Shown here one piece after another: positions 42,289 through 48,502 of a DNA stretch of 61,672 nt. The stretch is from a virus. Within the stretch, counting starts at the first letter, position 1, and each line of letters starts with the position of its first letter. Both the position numbers and the translations under genes were made by a program. Below the pieces are notes generated by a model that saw nothing but the letters and a program-made list of their open reading frames with translations, made no database searches and was not told the DNA's origin. Location: IMG/VR virus record IMGVR_UViG_3300016667_000429, positions 1-61,672 of that record. The stretch is one strand, 5' to 3'.

Positions 42289-42672
42289 TCAGGCACGTTG
42301 GATCGAGACAGCCGTTCCGAACTGGCTTACCGCTCCGTACGTCATGCCGCCCTCCAGCGCCGCCACATCCGGCTGGCATGGCAGCATCCCGCCAACCATC
42401 TCGCCGTAATACGCAATCGCGTCCTCAGCATCCTCAAAAGACCGAACCAGCAGACCGTCGGTGTCATGCGTCTTGACCACAAAGCCCGCCGCCGCCACAG
42501 GCACACCCAGATAGGCCGCAGCATTGGCGATCGCTTGCTCAATCGTCTTTGCGTCGCCAATCGCCTCCAGCACATCGCCGTCCGAGTAGCACTCCACCAG
42601 CGTGTCCCAGCCGTTTTCGTAGTTACGCATCGCGTGTTGTCGTACCGCCTGAATCATTGTCTGTTCGTCCAT
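42289..42672 (-). CDS. hypothetical protein (first gene of the 9-kb early-left operon)
   Basis: 127-aa ORF with GAGGAG SD. N-terminal NYENGWDTLVECYSD motif. Confidence 0.6.
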   Translation of the reverse strand: MDEQTMIQAVRQHAMRNYENGWDTLVECYSDGDVLEAIGDAKTIEQAIANAAAYLGVPVAAAGFVVKTHDTDGLLVRSFEDAEDAIAYYGEMVGGMLPCQPDVAALEGGMTYGAVSQFGTAVSIQRA

Positions 42673-42688
42673 CGTTCGCTCCTCAAGT

Positions 42689-42727
42689 CGGTTTTAAATA
42701 TTGAGCGCCGCTCAACGGTTTTAAATA
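42689..42727. promoter_or_regulatory. direct repeat - palindrome - direct repeat element (CGGTTTTAAATA / TTGAGCGCCGCTCAA / CGGTTTTAAATA)
   Basis: 12-bp repeats at 42689..42700 and 42716..42727 flank a 15-bp palindrome. Lies 17 bp upstream of the first early-left ATG. Confidence 0.45.
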
Positions 42728-42906
42728 TATACGCGCGCGAAGTTATTTAAAAGGGGTTTCGTCAAATATTTTTGCCCGAACCGTTGTACGGACACCACAC
42801 GTTGCGTTCTTGGCAAAATTCTCCGGTTTTTCCCGTTTTCGGAGAATCGGGAGAGGATTTAAGAAGCATTGAGAAATCAGGTGTTTTAAGGAATATATAT
42901 AATAAA

Positions 42907-42925
42907 ATATATATATATATATATA
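42907..42925. repeat. (AT)n tract, 19 nt, preceded by a shorter ATATATAT tract (42893..42900)
   Basis: Read directly. Lies at the centre of the AT-rich island. Confidence 0.9.
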
Positions 42926-43060
42926 CTAATTCTCTAATTCTCCCTCTCTCTCATATATACAGACTATTTATTTCAAAATAGAAATCTATCTATCTATTTA
43001 TAAGAGAATTGGAGAATTGGAGAATTTAGCGAAATCCGTATAACGATTCGGCTTCAAATG

Positions 43061-43085
43061 CCGCACAAACACTGGCTTTGTGCGG
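43061..43085. other. 9-bp-stem hairpin CCGCACAAA-CACTGGC-TTTGTGCGG
   Basis: Perfect inverted repeat. No clear U-tract on either strand. Confidence 0.4.
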
Positions 43086-43188
43086 TTGCAACATAGTTCC
43101 GAGAATTTTGAGAGAATCGAGAATCGGCTGTCAGGTTCGCGTCAGGTTCGTGCGCGTTGTTGAGTTGGCATCAATCGTGGGCAGATTG

Positions 43189-43217
43189 TTGCGCGACCCT
43201 TATCTACCCCCTATGAT
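43189..43217 (+). promoter_or_regulatory. putative sigma70-type promoter TTGCGC-N17-TATGAT for the rightward block
   Basis: Hexamers at 43189..43194 and 43212..43217 with a 17-nt spacer, 54 nt upstream of the first rightward CDS. Confidence 0.35.
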
Positions 43218-43218
43218 C

Positions 43219-43253
43219 GTTCTGTCCCCAATTTGCGGGATGTTCTGTCCCCA
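43219..43253. promoter_or_regulatory. two direct 12-bp repeats GTTCTGTCCCCA (43219..43230, 43242..43253)
   Basis: 23-bp spacing, directly downstream of the putative -10. Operator or activator-site candidate. Confidence 0.4.
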
Positions 43254-43270
43254 TTTTTTGAGCGAGGAAC

Positions 43271-43684
43271 GTGGCTACTTCGACAACGAAAAAAACAGGC
43301 CGAACAGAGGAAGCAGAACAGGCTCGCGTTATCAAATGGTCACACCGCAAGCTGGTGCGCGACCTCATGCCCGACCTCCGCTGGCTCCATCACTCGCCCA
43401 ACGGCGGCAAGCGCGATGCCTTCACCGGCGCTCAGATGAAGGCGCTTGGCGTCAAGCCCGGTTTCCCCGACCTCCTCCTCCCCGTCCGGTCAGGCAACCA
43501 CCCCGGCCTCGTCATCGAGATGAAGTCGGCTACCGGCAAGGTCACGCCCGAACAAGCCGATTGGCTCGATCACCTCACCAGCCAGCAATGGGCAACCGCC
43601 GTCGCCCGATCAGCCGAAGAAGCCCGCACCGTCCTCTGCGACTACCTCGGATTCGACCCGATCAAAGCCCCGCCGCTGGACTAA
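43271..43684 (+). CDS. VRR-NUC domain nuclease
   Basis: GTG start with a GAGG-type SD. HHSPNGG...G.KPGFPDLLL...GLVIEMKS...Q..W pattern. Confidence 0.7.
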   Translation: MATSTTKKTGRTEEAEQARVIKWSHRKLVRDLMPDLRWLHHSPNGGKRDAFTGAQMKALGVKPGFPDLLLPVRSGNHPGLVIEMKSATGKVTPEQADWLDHLTSQQWATAVARSAEEARTVLCDYLGFDPIKAPPLD

Positions 43685-43971
43685 TGCCGCGCTCGCCAGC
43701 CAAAACCAGCACCAACACGCACCGCCTGCGTGTCCTCACCGTCATTCAATCCACCGAAGGCTGGATCACAGGCCACGATGTCGCCCAACTGTCCGGGTTG
43801 ACCCACAAGCAGGCCATCGACGCGCTCAACTACCTCAACAACACGGCCAAGATCGCCCGCACAGGCCGCAAATTCACCGCCAAATGGGGCAGATTGGTCA
43901 CGCCAGACCCCGCTGACGACCCCATCACCGCACTAGAACTCGCCTTTAGGAAAGGATTCCTCGCCCGATGA
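43684..43971 (+). CDS. putative winged-helix protein
   Basis: TAATG junction. RVLTVIQSTEGWITGHDVAQLSGLTHKQAIDALNYLNN. Confidence 0.5.
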   Translation: MPRSPAKTSTNTHRLRVLTVIQSTEGWITGHDVAQLSGLTHKQAIDALNYLNNTAKIARTGRKFTAKWGRLVTPDPADDPITALELAFRKGFLAR

Positions 43972-44306
43972 CCACCCACGAAGCAGCCGCAACCGGCATC
44001 CTCATCCCCATTGACGAGTCAAACTCGCCCATCCATCACCCGCTGTACCCGGTTTTGCTGGCCGCCATCGAGCAGGCCATGTTCGGCAAGGGCGAACGTC
44101 ACGGCGGCGCTGTCACGCCCTTCCTCGACCAGCCATGGACGCACTACGCAGCCATGCATGGACGCGGATTCCTCACCGGCCAAGCAGCCAAAAAGCTCGA
44201 AGAAGCAGCATCCACCCGCAACGGCGCAGCATTCGAGGCCGAAGTGCTGGGCGCGATCGTCTACTGCGGCATGGCAATCCTGCACGAGCGCGCCAGCTCG
44301 GACTGA
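43968..44306 (+). CDS. small protein resembling the DUF5664 / dATP-dGTP pyrophosphohydrolase N-terminal domain
   Basis: ATGA-coupled. GKGERHGG...F.DQPW...GRGFLTGQAAKKLEEA pattern (recalled). Confidence 0.45.
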   Translation: MTTHEAAATGILIPIDESNSPIHHPLYPVLLAAIEQAMFGKGERHGGAVTPFLDQPWTHYAAMHGRGFLTGQAAKKLEEAASTRNGAAFEAEVLGAIVYCGMAILHERASSD

Positions 44307-44345
44307 TTCGCGTCGTCCAGGCGCCCCCGCCTGCATCGATCGACA

Positions 44346-44366
44346 CCCCCCCACCCTCCGGGGGGG
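44346..44366. repeat. C7-ACCCTCC-G7 hairpin (copy 1 of CCCTCCGGGGGG element)
   Basis: Read directly. Lies in a 370-bp C-rich non-coding spacer. Confidence 0.6.
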
Positions 44367-44558
44367 CAGGCCGCAGGCGCAGGGGGCGGGGCGCAGGCAC
44401 ATACCTCCCACCCGCCCTCCGTCGCCACGCACCTCAACACGCCCACGCACCACGAAGCCACCGCCCAAGGCCGCATCCCTCGCCGCCCGCTACCGACAAC
44501 GCCGGCAGAGCGAGCCGCTTACGCGCGCGCCACCGAGCGCGACTTCGACTGCGACTGA

Positions 44559-44581
44559 CCCCCCCCCCGCCCTCCGGGGGG
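44559..44581. repeat. C10-GCCCTCC-G6 hairpin (copy 2)
   Basis: Read directly. Both copies are preceded by CGAC. Confidence 0.6.
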
Positions 44582-44676
44582 CAACCCAACAAAACGCCCG
44601 CCCCGTCCAAAGCTCTACCTCCCCCAAAGTCGAATAGCACGCGCTCACCGACAATCGCTTCAACTATGGAGCGCGT

Positions 44677-45399
44677 GTGCTTGATCCGATCACCATTGGA
44701 GCGGCGATCAAGGCCGCGACGACCGCCATCGACATGGCGAAAAAGGGTGTCGCTCTTTACAAAGAGATAAAGGCGACATCGGGTGATGTGTCGGATGTGC
44801 TGAAAGATCTGAGGGAGCAGTTCCACAAGATCGCAAGCCCGACGAACGAGCAGAAGAAGCAGTACAACGAGGAGGTCAAACGCATTGAGCAGATCAAGAA
44901 CACTGATCCGCACGAGGCGTTGAACGACATCTGGAATCACCTCGGCACGTTTGTCGATGAGTACGACAAGATTGCCAAGGCGTATGTCGCGGAGGAAGCG
45001 AGTGCGCTGGCTGTGTACAAGGGGGACGAGTCCATTGCAAGGCGGGCGTTGCGGCGCATTCAGATAAGGACGCAGCTCGACGCGATGCTGGCCGAAGTTC
45101 GGCAGGAGATGGTTTACAACACGCCGTCGGAATTGGGCGATGTGTGGACGAGATTTGAAGCGATGTGGCGGCAGATCGTCAAGGAGCAGAACGCGGCTTT
45201 GGAAGCAGAGATGAGGAAGGCGCAGACGGCGAGATGGCGACGAGAAAGAGCGATCGAGGATCTAAAGGCGAGGGCGGTATGGATTGGGGCAGCGGCATTC
45301 GTCCTGGCGTGGTACGTCCTTCTAATGATCGGCCTGCGTCTGAGCCACACGTACCGTGGATATTACTCATCGCCGTGGTGGTCTTGTGCTTTGTGTTGA
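44677..45399 (+). CDS. coiled-coil protein with C-terminal TM helix (lysis-cassette associated)
   Basis: GTG start 5 nt after GGAG. AVWIGAAAFVLAWYVLLMIGL near the C-terminus. Confidence 0.55.
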   Translation: MLDPITIGAAIKAATTAIDMAKKGVALYKEIKATSGDVSDVLKDLREQFHKIASPTNEQKKQYNEEVKRIEQIKNTDPHEALNDIWNHLGTFVDEYDKIAKAYVAEEASALAVYKGDESIARRALRRIQIRTQLDAMLAEVRQEMVYNTPSELGDVWTRFEAMWRQIVKEQNAALEAEMRKAQTARWRRERAIEDLKARAVWIGAAAFVLAWYVLLMIGLRLSHTYRGYYSSPWWSCALC

Positions 45400-45548
45400 T
45401 TGTGGTGATTCCGGTGATGGGCGTGATGTACGGCGACTTGCATCGTGCGGTGCAGGAAGCGCAGTACCAGACGGACAAGATGAAGCGGTTGCGATTGGAG
45501 TTGCTGCAAGAGCGGCGGCTGGGACAAGGGGGGCAGGGTGATAACTGA
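45279..45548 (+). CDS. possible 89-aa TM protein overlapping the 3' end of the previous gene out of frame (holin/antiholin-type candidate)
   Basis: The ATG is preceded by GAGGGCGGT. Encodes ILLIAVVVLCFVLIVVIPVMGV followed by a charged tail. Ends 11 nt inside the endolysin gene. The start is uncertain (GTG 45375 is an alternative). Confidence 0.35.
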   Translation: MDWGSGIRPGVVRPSNDRPASEPHVPWILLIAVVVLCFVLIVVIPVMGVMYGDLHRAVQEAQYQTDKMKRLRLELLQERRLGQGGQGDN

Positions 45549-46203
45549 AGCGCAGTTGAAGGCCATTATTCCGAAAAACCCGTATGTAAAGCACTGGTGG
45601 GCGGCGATGTTCGGCCCGCAAGACGAGTTTGGCGGCAACAGCCTGCTTTCCGAGTACGACATCAACACGCCGAAAAGGATTGCCGCGTTTCTGGCGCAGT
45701 GCGCGCACGAGAGCGGGGGGTTCATGGTGTTGACGGAGAACCTGAACTACCGGCCTGCCACGCTGCGCAAGCTGTTCCCTAAGTATTTCCCGACTGACTC
45801 ACTGGCTGCTGAATACTGTGCAAAACCGAACAAGCAGGAGGCGATTGCAAACCGAATTTATGCAAATCGCATGGGCAATGGCGACGAGTCTAGCGGCGAT
45901 GGGTATCGCTTCCGTGGTGCTGGGGTTCTTCAGCTTACTGGACGATCGAACCATCAGGCTTTTGCTGACAGTTTACAGATGGCCATAAACGATGTGCCGC
46001 AGTTTCTGTTGACGTTCGAGGGTGCGGCTCAGAGCGCGTGCTGGTTTTGGGAAACCAACGGCTTGAACAAGTGGGCTGACGCCGGGGATCTGGTCAATCT
46101 GACCAAGCGTATCAACGGCGGGGTGATTGGTCTGGACGATCGCAAGCATCACTACGAGCTGGCGTTGAACACTATTGGTGTCAATGGCGGGGTGTTTGCA
46201 TGA
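45538..46203 (+). CDS. endolysin, glycoside hydrolase family 19-like
   Basis: AAFLAQCAHESGGF...TENLNY...YRFRGAGVLQLTGR motifs. Confidence 0.8.
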   Translation: MITEAQLKAIIPKNPYVKHWWAAMFGPQDEFGGNSLLSEYDINTPKRIAAFLAQCAHESGGFMVLTENLNYRPATLRKLFPKYFPTDSLAAEYCAKPNKQEAIANRIYANRMGNGDESSGDGYRFRGAGVLQLTGRSNHQAFADSLQMAINDVPQFLLTFEGAAQSACWFWETNGLNKWADAGDLVNLTKRINGGVIGLDDRKHHYELALNTIGVNGGVFA

Positions 46204-46448
46204 GGATGATCGTCGCCATTCTGTTGCCGCTGGCCGTGATTGTTTTCGGGCTGGCCTCGTGCGAGGACAGGTTCCGTTATGCGTGCCAAAACCCTGACAA
46301 CTGGAACACGCCGCAGTGCCAAAAACCGCAGTGTGACGTTACGCAAACTTGCCCGGAGCATGTTTTTGCGGATCAAAGAAAAATTCAGGAGCAACTTGAA
46401 AACAAAGCGCCAACGAACACGGAGTCAAAAAATGAGTGTCCTAAATAA
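46200..46448 (+). CDS. Cys-rich lipoprotein (lipobox LASC)
   Basis: MRMIVAILLPLAVIVFGLAS/C. ATGA-coupled to the endolysin. Lies in a lower-GC patch. Confidence 0.6.
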   Translation: MRMIVAILLPLAVIVFGLASCEDRFRYACQNPDNWNTPQCQKPQCDVTQTCPEHVFADQRKIQEQLENKAPTNTESKNECPK

Positions 46449-46914
46449 GATCTGGAACGAGAAATACTCGTCCGAAGAATTGATGGTGCGCCTGAAATTC
46501 ATCATCGGTCTGGCGCTCACGTTCACGCTCATGGGCATCATTTTCACGATTCTGTTTTCCGTCATCTTTGTTCAGCAGCCGCTGAAGTCAATTTCCCCAA
46601 TCGATCAAAAGTTCTTCGAGGTCATCATCCCGGTCGCGTCATTCCTGTGCGGCATCCTGTCGGGGATCATGTTAAACGGCTCGAACCAGCAGGCGCTGGA
46701 TGCCGTCCAGAACACAATGAAAAATTTCAACGAAGCCGGCAAACAGGCGCAGTCGGCTCCGCAGGGGGTGGGGGCAACAATCAGCTACTCCGAACGCTTG
46801 CCTGCGCAACAACGTGCAACCCCTCGATCTGAGCCGTCACTCGACGCGCTTCCCCCGCAACCGGGCTTTGGTGGCAAGTTAGCACCGCCGCCCGCACCGC
46901 AACCCGAAATCTAA
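46432..46914 (+). CDS. membrane protein with 2-3 TM helices (holin candidate)
   Basis: ATG at 46432. FIIGLALTFTLMGIIFTILFSVIFV and VIIPVASFLCGILSGIML. Pro-rich tail. Confidence 0.5.
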   Translation: MSVLNKIWNEKYSSEELMVRLKFIIGLALTFTLMGIIFTILFSVIFVQQPLKSISPIDQKFFEVIIPVASFLCGILSGIMLNGSNQQALDAVQNTMKNFNEAGKQAQSAPQGVGATISYSERLPAQQRATPRSEPSLDALPPQPGFGGKLAPPPAPQPEI

Positions 46915-46924
46915 GGAGAATCAA

Positions 46925-47119
46925 ATGAAAGCAATGCTATGGATTCGCATGGCCGCAACGGTCATCGGCAGCGTGGTCTTGGCGTTCAATGTTCATGCTG
47001 GTGGCGAGATGAAAAAAGTCTGTCACACCGAAAAGGTCAAAGGCAAGGACACTGAGGTGTGCAAGACGATCAAGGTGCATAAGAAGTTGGAGCCGACGGG
47101 CAAGCCGGGGCAGAAATGA
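46925..47119 (+). CDS. small secreted Lys-rich protein
   Basis: Signal-like MKAMLWIRMAATVIGSVVLAFNVHA. GGAGAATCAA lies upstream. Confidence 0.5.
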   Translation: MKAMLWIRMAATVIGSVVLAFNVHAGGEMKKVCHTEKVKGKDTEVCKTIKVHKKLEPTGKPGQK

Positions 47120-47592
47120 TTCCGATCCCTTACATCATTGCGGCCTTGATCGTTTCGTTTGCTACCGGCGCGGGGCTTGGCGGTTGGAAGGGTTACGCCT
47201 GGGGACAGGAAGCGGTGCAGGCCAAATGGGATACGGAAAAGAAAGAACTGGCCGAGGAACACGCGAAGAACATGGAAGTCGCGCGTGAGAAGGAGCAGGC
47301 GCTGCAAGCGGCATCAGACAAACTACGTCAGGAGAAAGATCGTGAGATCAGGAATGTTAATGCTCGTGCTACCGCTCTTGCTAACAGCTTGCGCGAGCGC
47401 CCCGAAGCCCCCGGCGCGAACAGTGCAGCCGCCGAAAGCGCCGGTCATGGACAAGCTCCCGCCGGATGTACTGGAGCCGAGCTTTATCGAGCGCATGGAG
47501 AATTTCTTGTTGGGGAAGCTGCCAGAGCAGAAAACCTCAAAGCAGCCCTGAAGCAATGCTACGCACAATACGATGAAGTAAAGGGGAGGTGA
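47116..47592 (+). CDS. i-spanin (Rz-like)
   Basis: N-terminal TM helix plus a coiled-coil periplasmic domain. Contains an embedded lipoprotein gene. Confidence 0.75.
   Translation: MIPIPYIIAALIVSFATGAGLGGWKGYAWGQEAVQAKWDTEKKELAEEHAKNMEVAREKEQALQAASDKLRQEKDREIRNVNARATALANSLRERPEAPGANSAAAESAGHGQAPAGCTGAELYRAHGEFLVGEAARAENLKAALKQCYAQYDEVKGR
47354..47551 (+). CDS. o-spanin (Rz1-like lipoprotein) embedded in the +1 frame of the i-spanin gene
   Basis: MLMLVLPLLLTA/C lipobox. Pro-rich mature part. Lies entirely within 47116..47592. Confidence 0.7.
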   Translation: MLMLVLPLLLTACASAPKPPARTVQPPKAPVMDKLPPDVLEPSFIERMENFLLGKLPEQKTSKQP

Positions 47593-47912
47593 TGGACGAA
47601 GTACAGCAACCAACAGCCGCCGGTCACGATGCGCTGACACAGTATCGATTGACCATGATTGAAAAGACGCTGGAAGCAATACGAGACAACCTGACTCAAC
47701 TGGCTCAGTTGGAGCAAAAGCACGTTGAGACACGCGAGGCGCTGGCGCGAGCGTTCAAGCAGATTGATATGCACGACAATCGCATCAGGAATATCGAAGG
47801 CGAAATGCCGACGCTGAAGTTAACAAGGGGCTGGATCATCTCAGGCGTGGTCGCACTGGTGGCCATGATGGGTCTGGCGTTGTTCAAACTGTTTTCGTTC
47901 ACAGGTGGCTGA
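47589..47912 (+). CDS. coiled-coil protein with C-terminal TM helix
   Basis: ATGA-coupled. GWIISGVVALVAMMGLALFKLF. Confidence 0.55.
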   Translation: MMDEVQQPTAAGHDALTQYRLTMIEKTLEAIRDNLTQLAQLEQKHVETREALARAFKQIDMHDNRIRNIEGEMPTLKLTRGWIISGVVALVAMMGLALFKLFSFTGG

Positions 47913-48502
47913 TGGGAACGGCCAAAGGCGAAACCTCCCTCGTAGGCCACCGGCTTCCGATCTCCAACCTGACCGTCGAGCAGGAAGCGTATTGCCGCTC
48001 GCGCGCAATGGGCATGGGCATCAGGGAGGCATTGCAAGCCTCGAAGTACGACATCACCCCCGCCACGGCGCGGCAATGGGAAAAGAAGAACCTCAACATC
48101 ATCAAGCGCATTGAGGAACTGTCTGCCATTGCAACCAACAACGCGATTCTCAAGACGGGATTGAACCGGACTTGGGTGATCGAGCGCCTGATGAGTGTGG
48201 TCGATCGCTGTATGCAAGCCGAGCCGGTGAAAGACCGCGACGGCAACGAAACGGGCGAGTTCAAATTTGATTCCAACGGCGCGAACCGCGCGCTGCAATT
48301 GCTTGGCAGTGAGCTGGGCATGTTCACCCCCAAGGAGGAGAAACCGGGCGATGAATACGCCAACCTTTCCGACGCAGACCTTACCCGACTCGCTCAAGAG
48401 CTTGTCGCCCAAACTGGCCTTATTGAAAATCACGCAGGAACTCAAGCGCCGTCAGGACAGGAACAAGCTATCGAAGTACAAGCCGTACCAAAAGCAGATT
48501 GA
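47912..48502 (+). CDS. terS: terminase small subunit
   Basis: LTVEQEAYCRSRAMG...NRTWVIERLMSVV...GANRALQLLGSELGMF pattern (Terminase_2/P27-like, recalled). Lies immediately upstream of terL. Confidence 0.7.
   Translation: MGTAKGETSLVGHRLPISNLTVEQEAYCRSRAMGMGIREALQASKYDITPATARQWEKKNLNIIKRIEELSAIATNNAILKTGLNRTWVIERLMSVVDRCMQAEPVKDRDGNETGEFKFDSNGANRALQLLGSELGMFTPKEEKPGDEYANLSDADLTRLAQELVAQTGLIENHAGTQAPSGQEQAIEVQAVPKAD

Larger units (their letters stand above)
42817..43125. repeat. AT-rich island with about 12 GAGAAT(T/C) iteron-like repeats in both orientations
   Basis: Copies at 42817-24(-), 42841-48, 42871-78 (imperfect), 42928-34(-), 42935-43(-), 43003-10, 43011-18, 43019-26, 43101-06, 43113-18 and 43120-25. 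Confidence 0.6.

Noticed and set aside
42772-42981. 69-aa ORF inside the AT-rich island
   Set aside because: It runs through (TA)n and CT microrepeats, giving an IYIYIYT-type translation. It has no SD and its composition is unlike that of real genes here.
42817-43125. GAGAAT repeat array considered as a CRISPR array
   Set aside because: The repeats are only 6-8 bp, occur in both orientations, have irregular spacing with no spacer structure, and no cas genes are present.
43078-43683. Upstream part of track ORF 43078..43971, and ORF 43233..43439
   Set aside because: They are Arg/Pro-rich and overlap the VRR-NUC gene and the non-coding island. Only the last 95 codons (43684..43971) look genuine.
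44011-44770. 208-aa and 211-aa plus-strand ORFs, and several minus-strand ORFs, spanning the C-rich spacer
   Set aside because: The translations are Pro/Arg/Gly-rich and low in complexity, caused by the C-rich strand bias. There are no start contexts.
48188-48195. CUGAUGAG heptamer-plus-one on the plus strand inside terS; also CUGAUGA strings at about 6439, 16876 and 17944
   Set aside because: There is no adjacent stem II hairpin followed by GAAA, and no stem III/GUC arrangement. These are isolated matches inside coding sequence and are not hammerheads.
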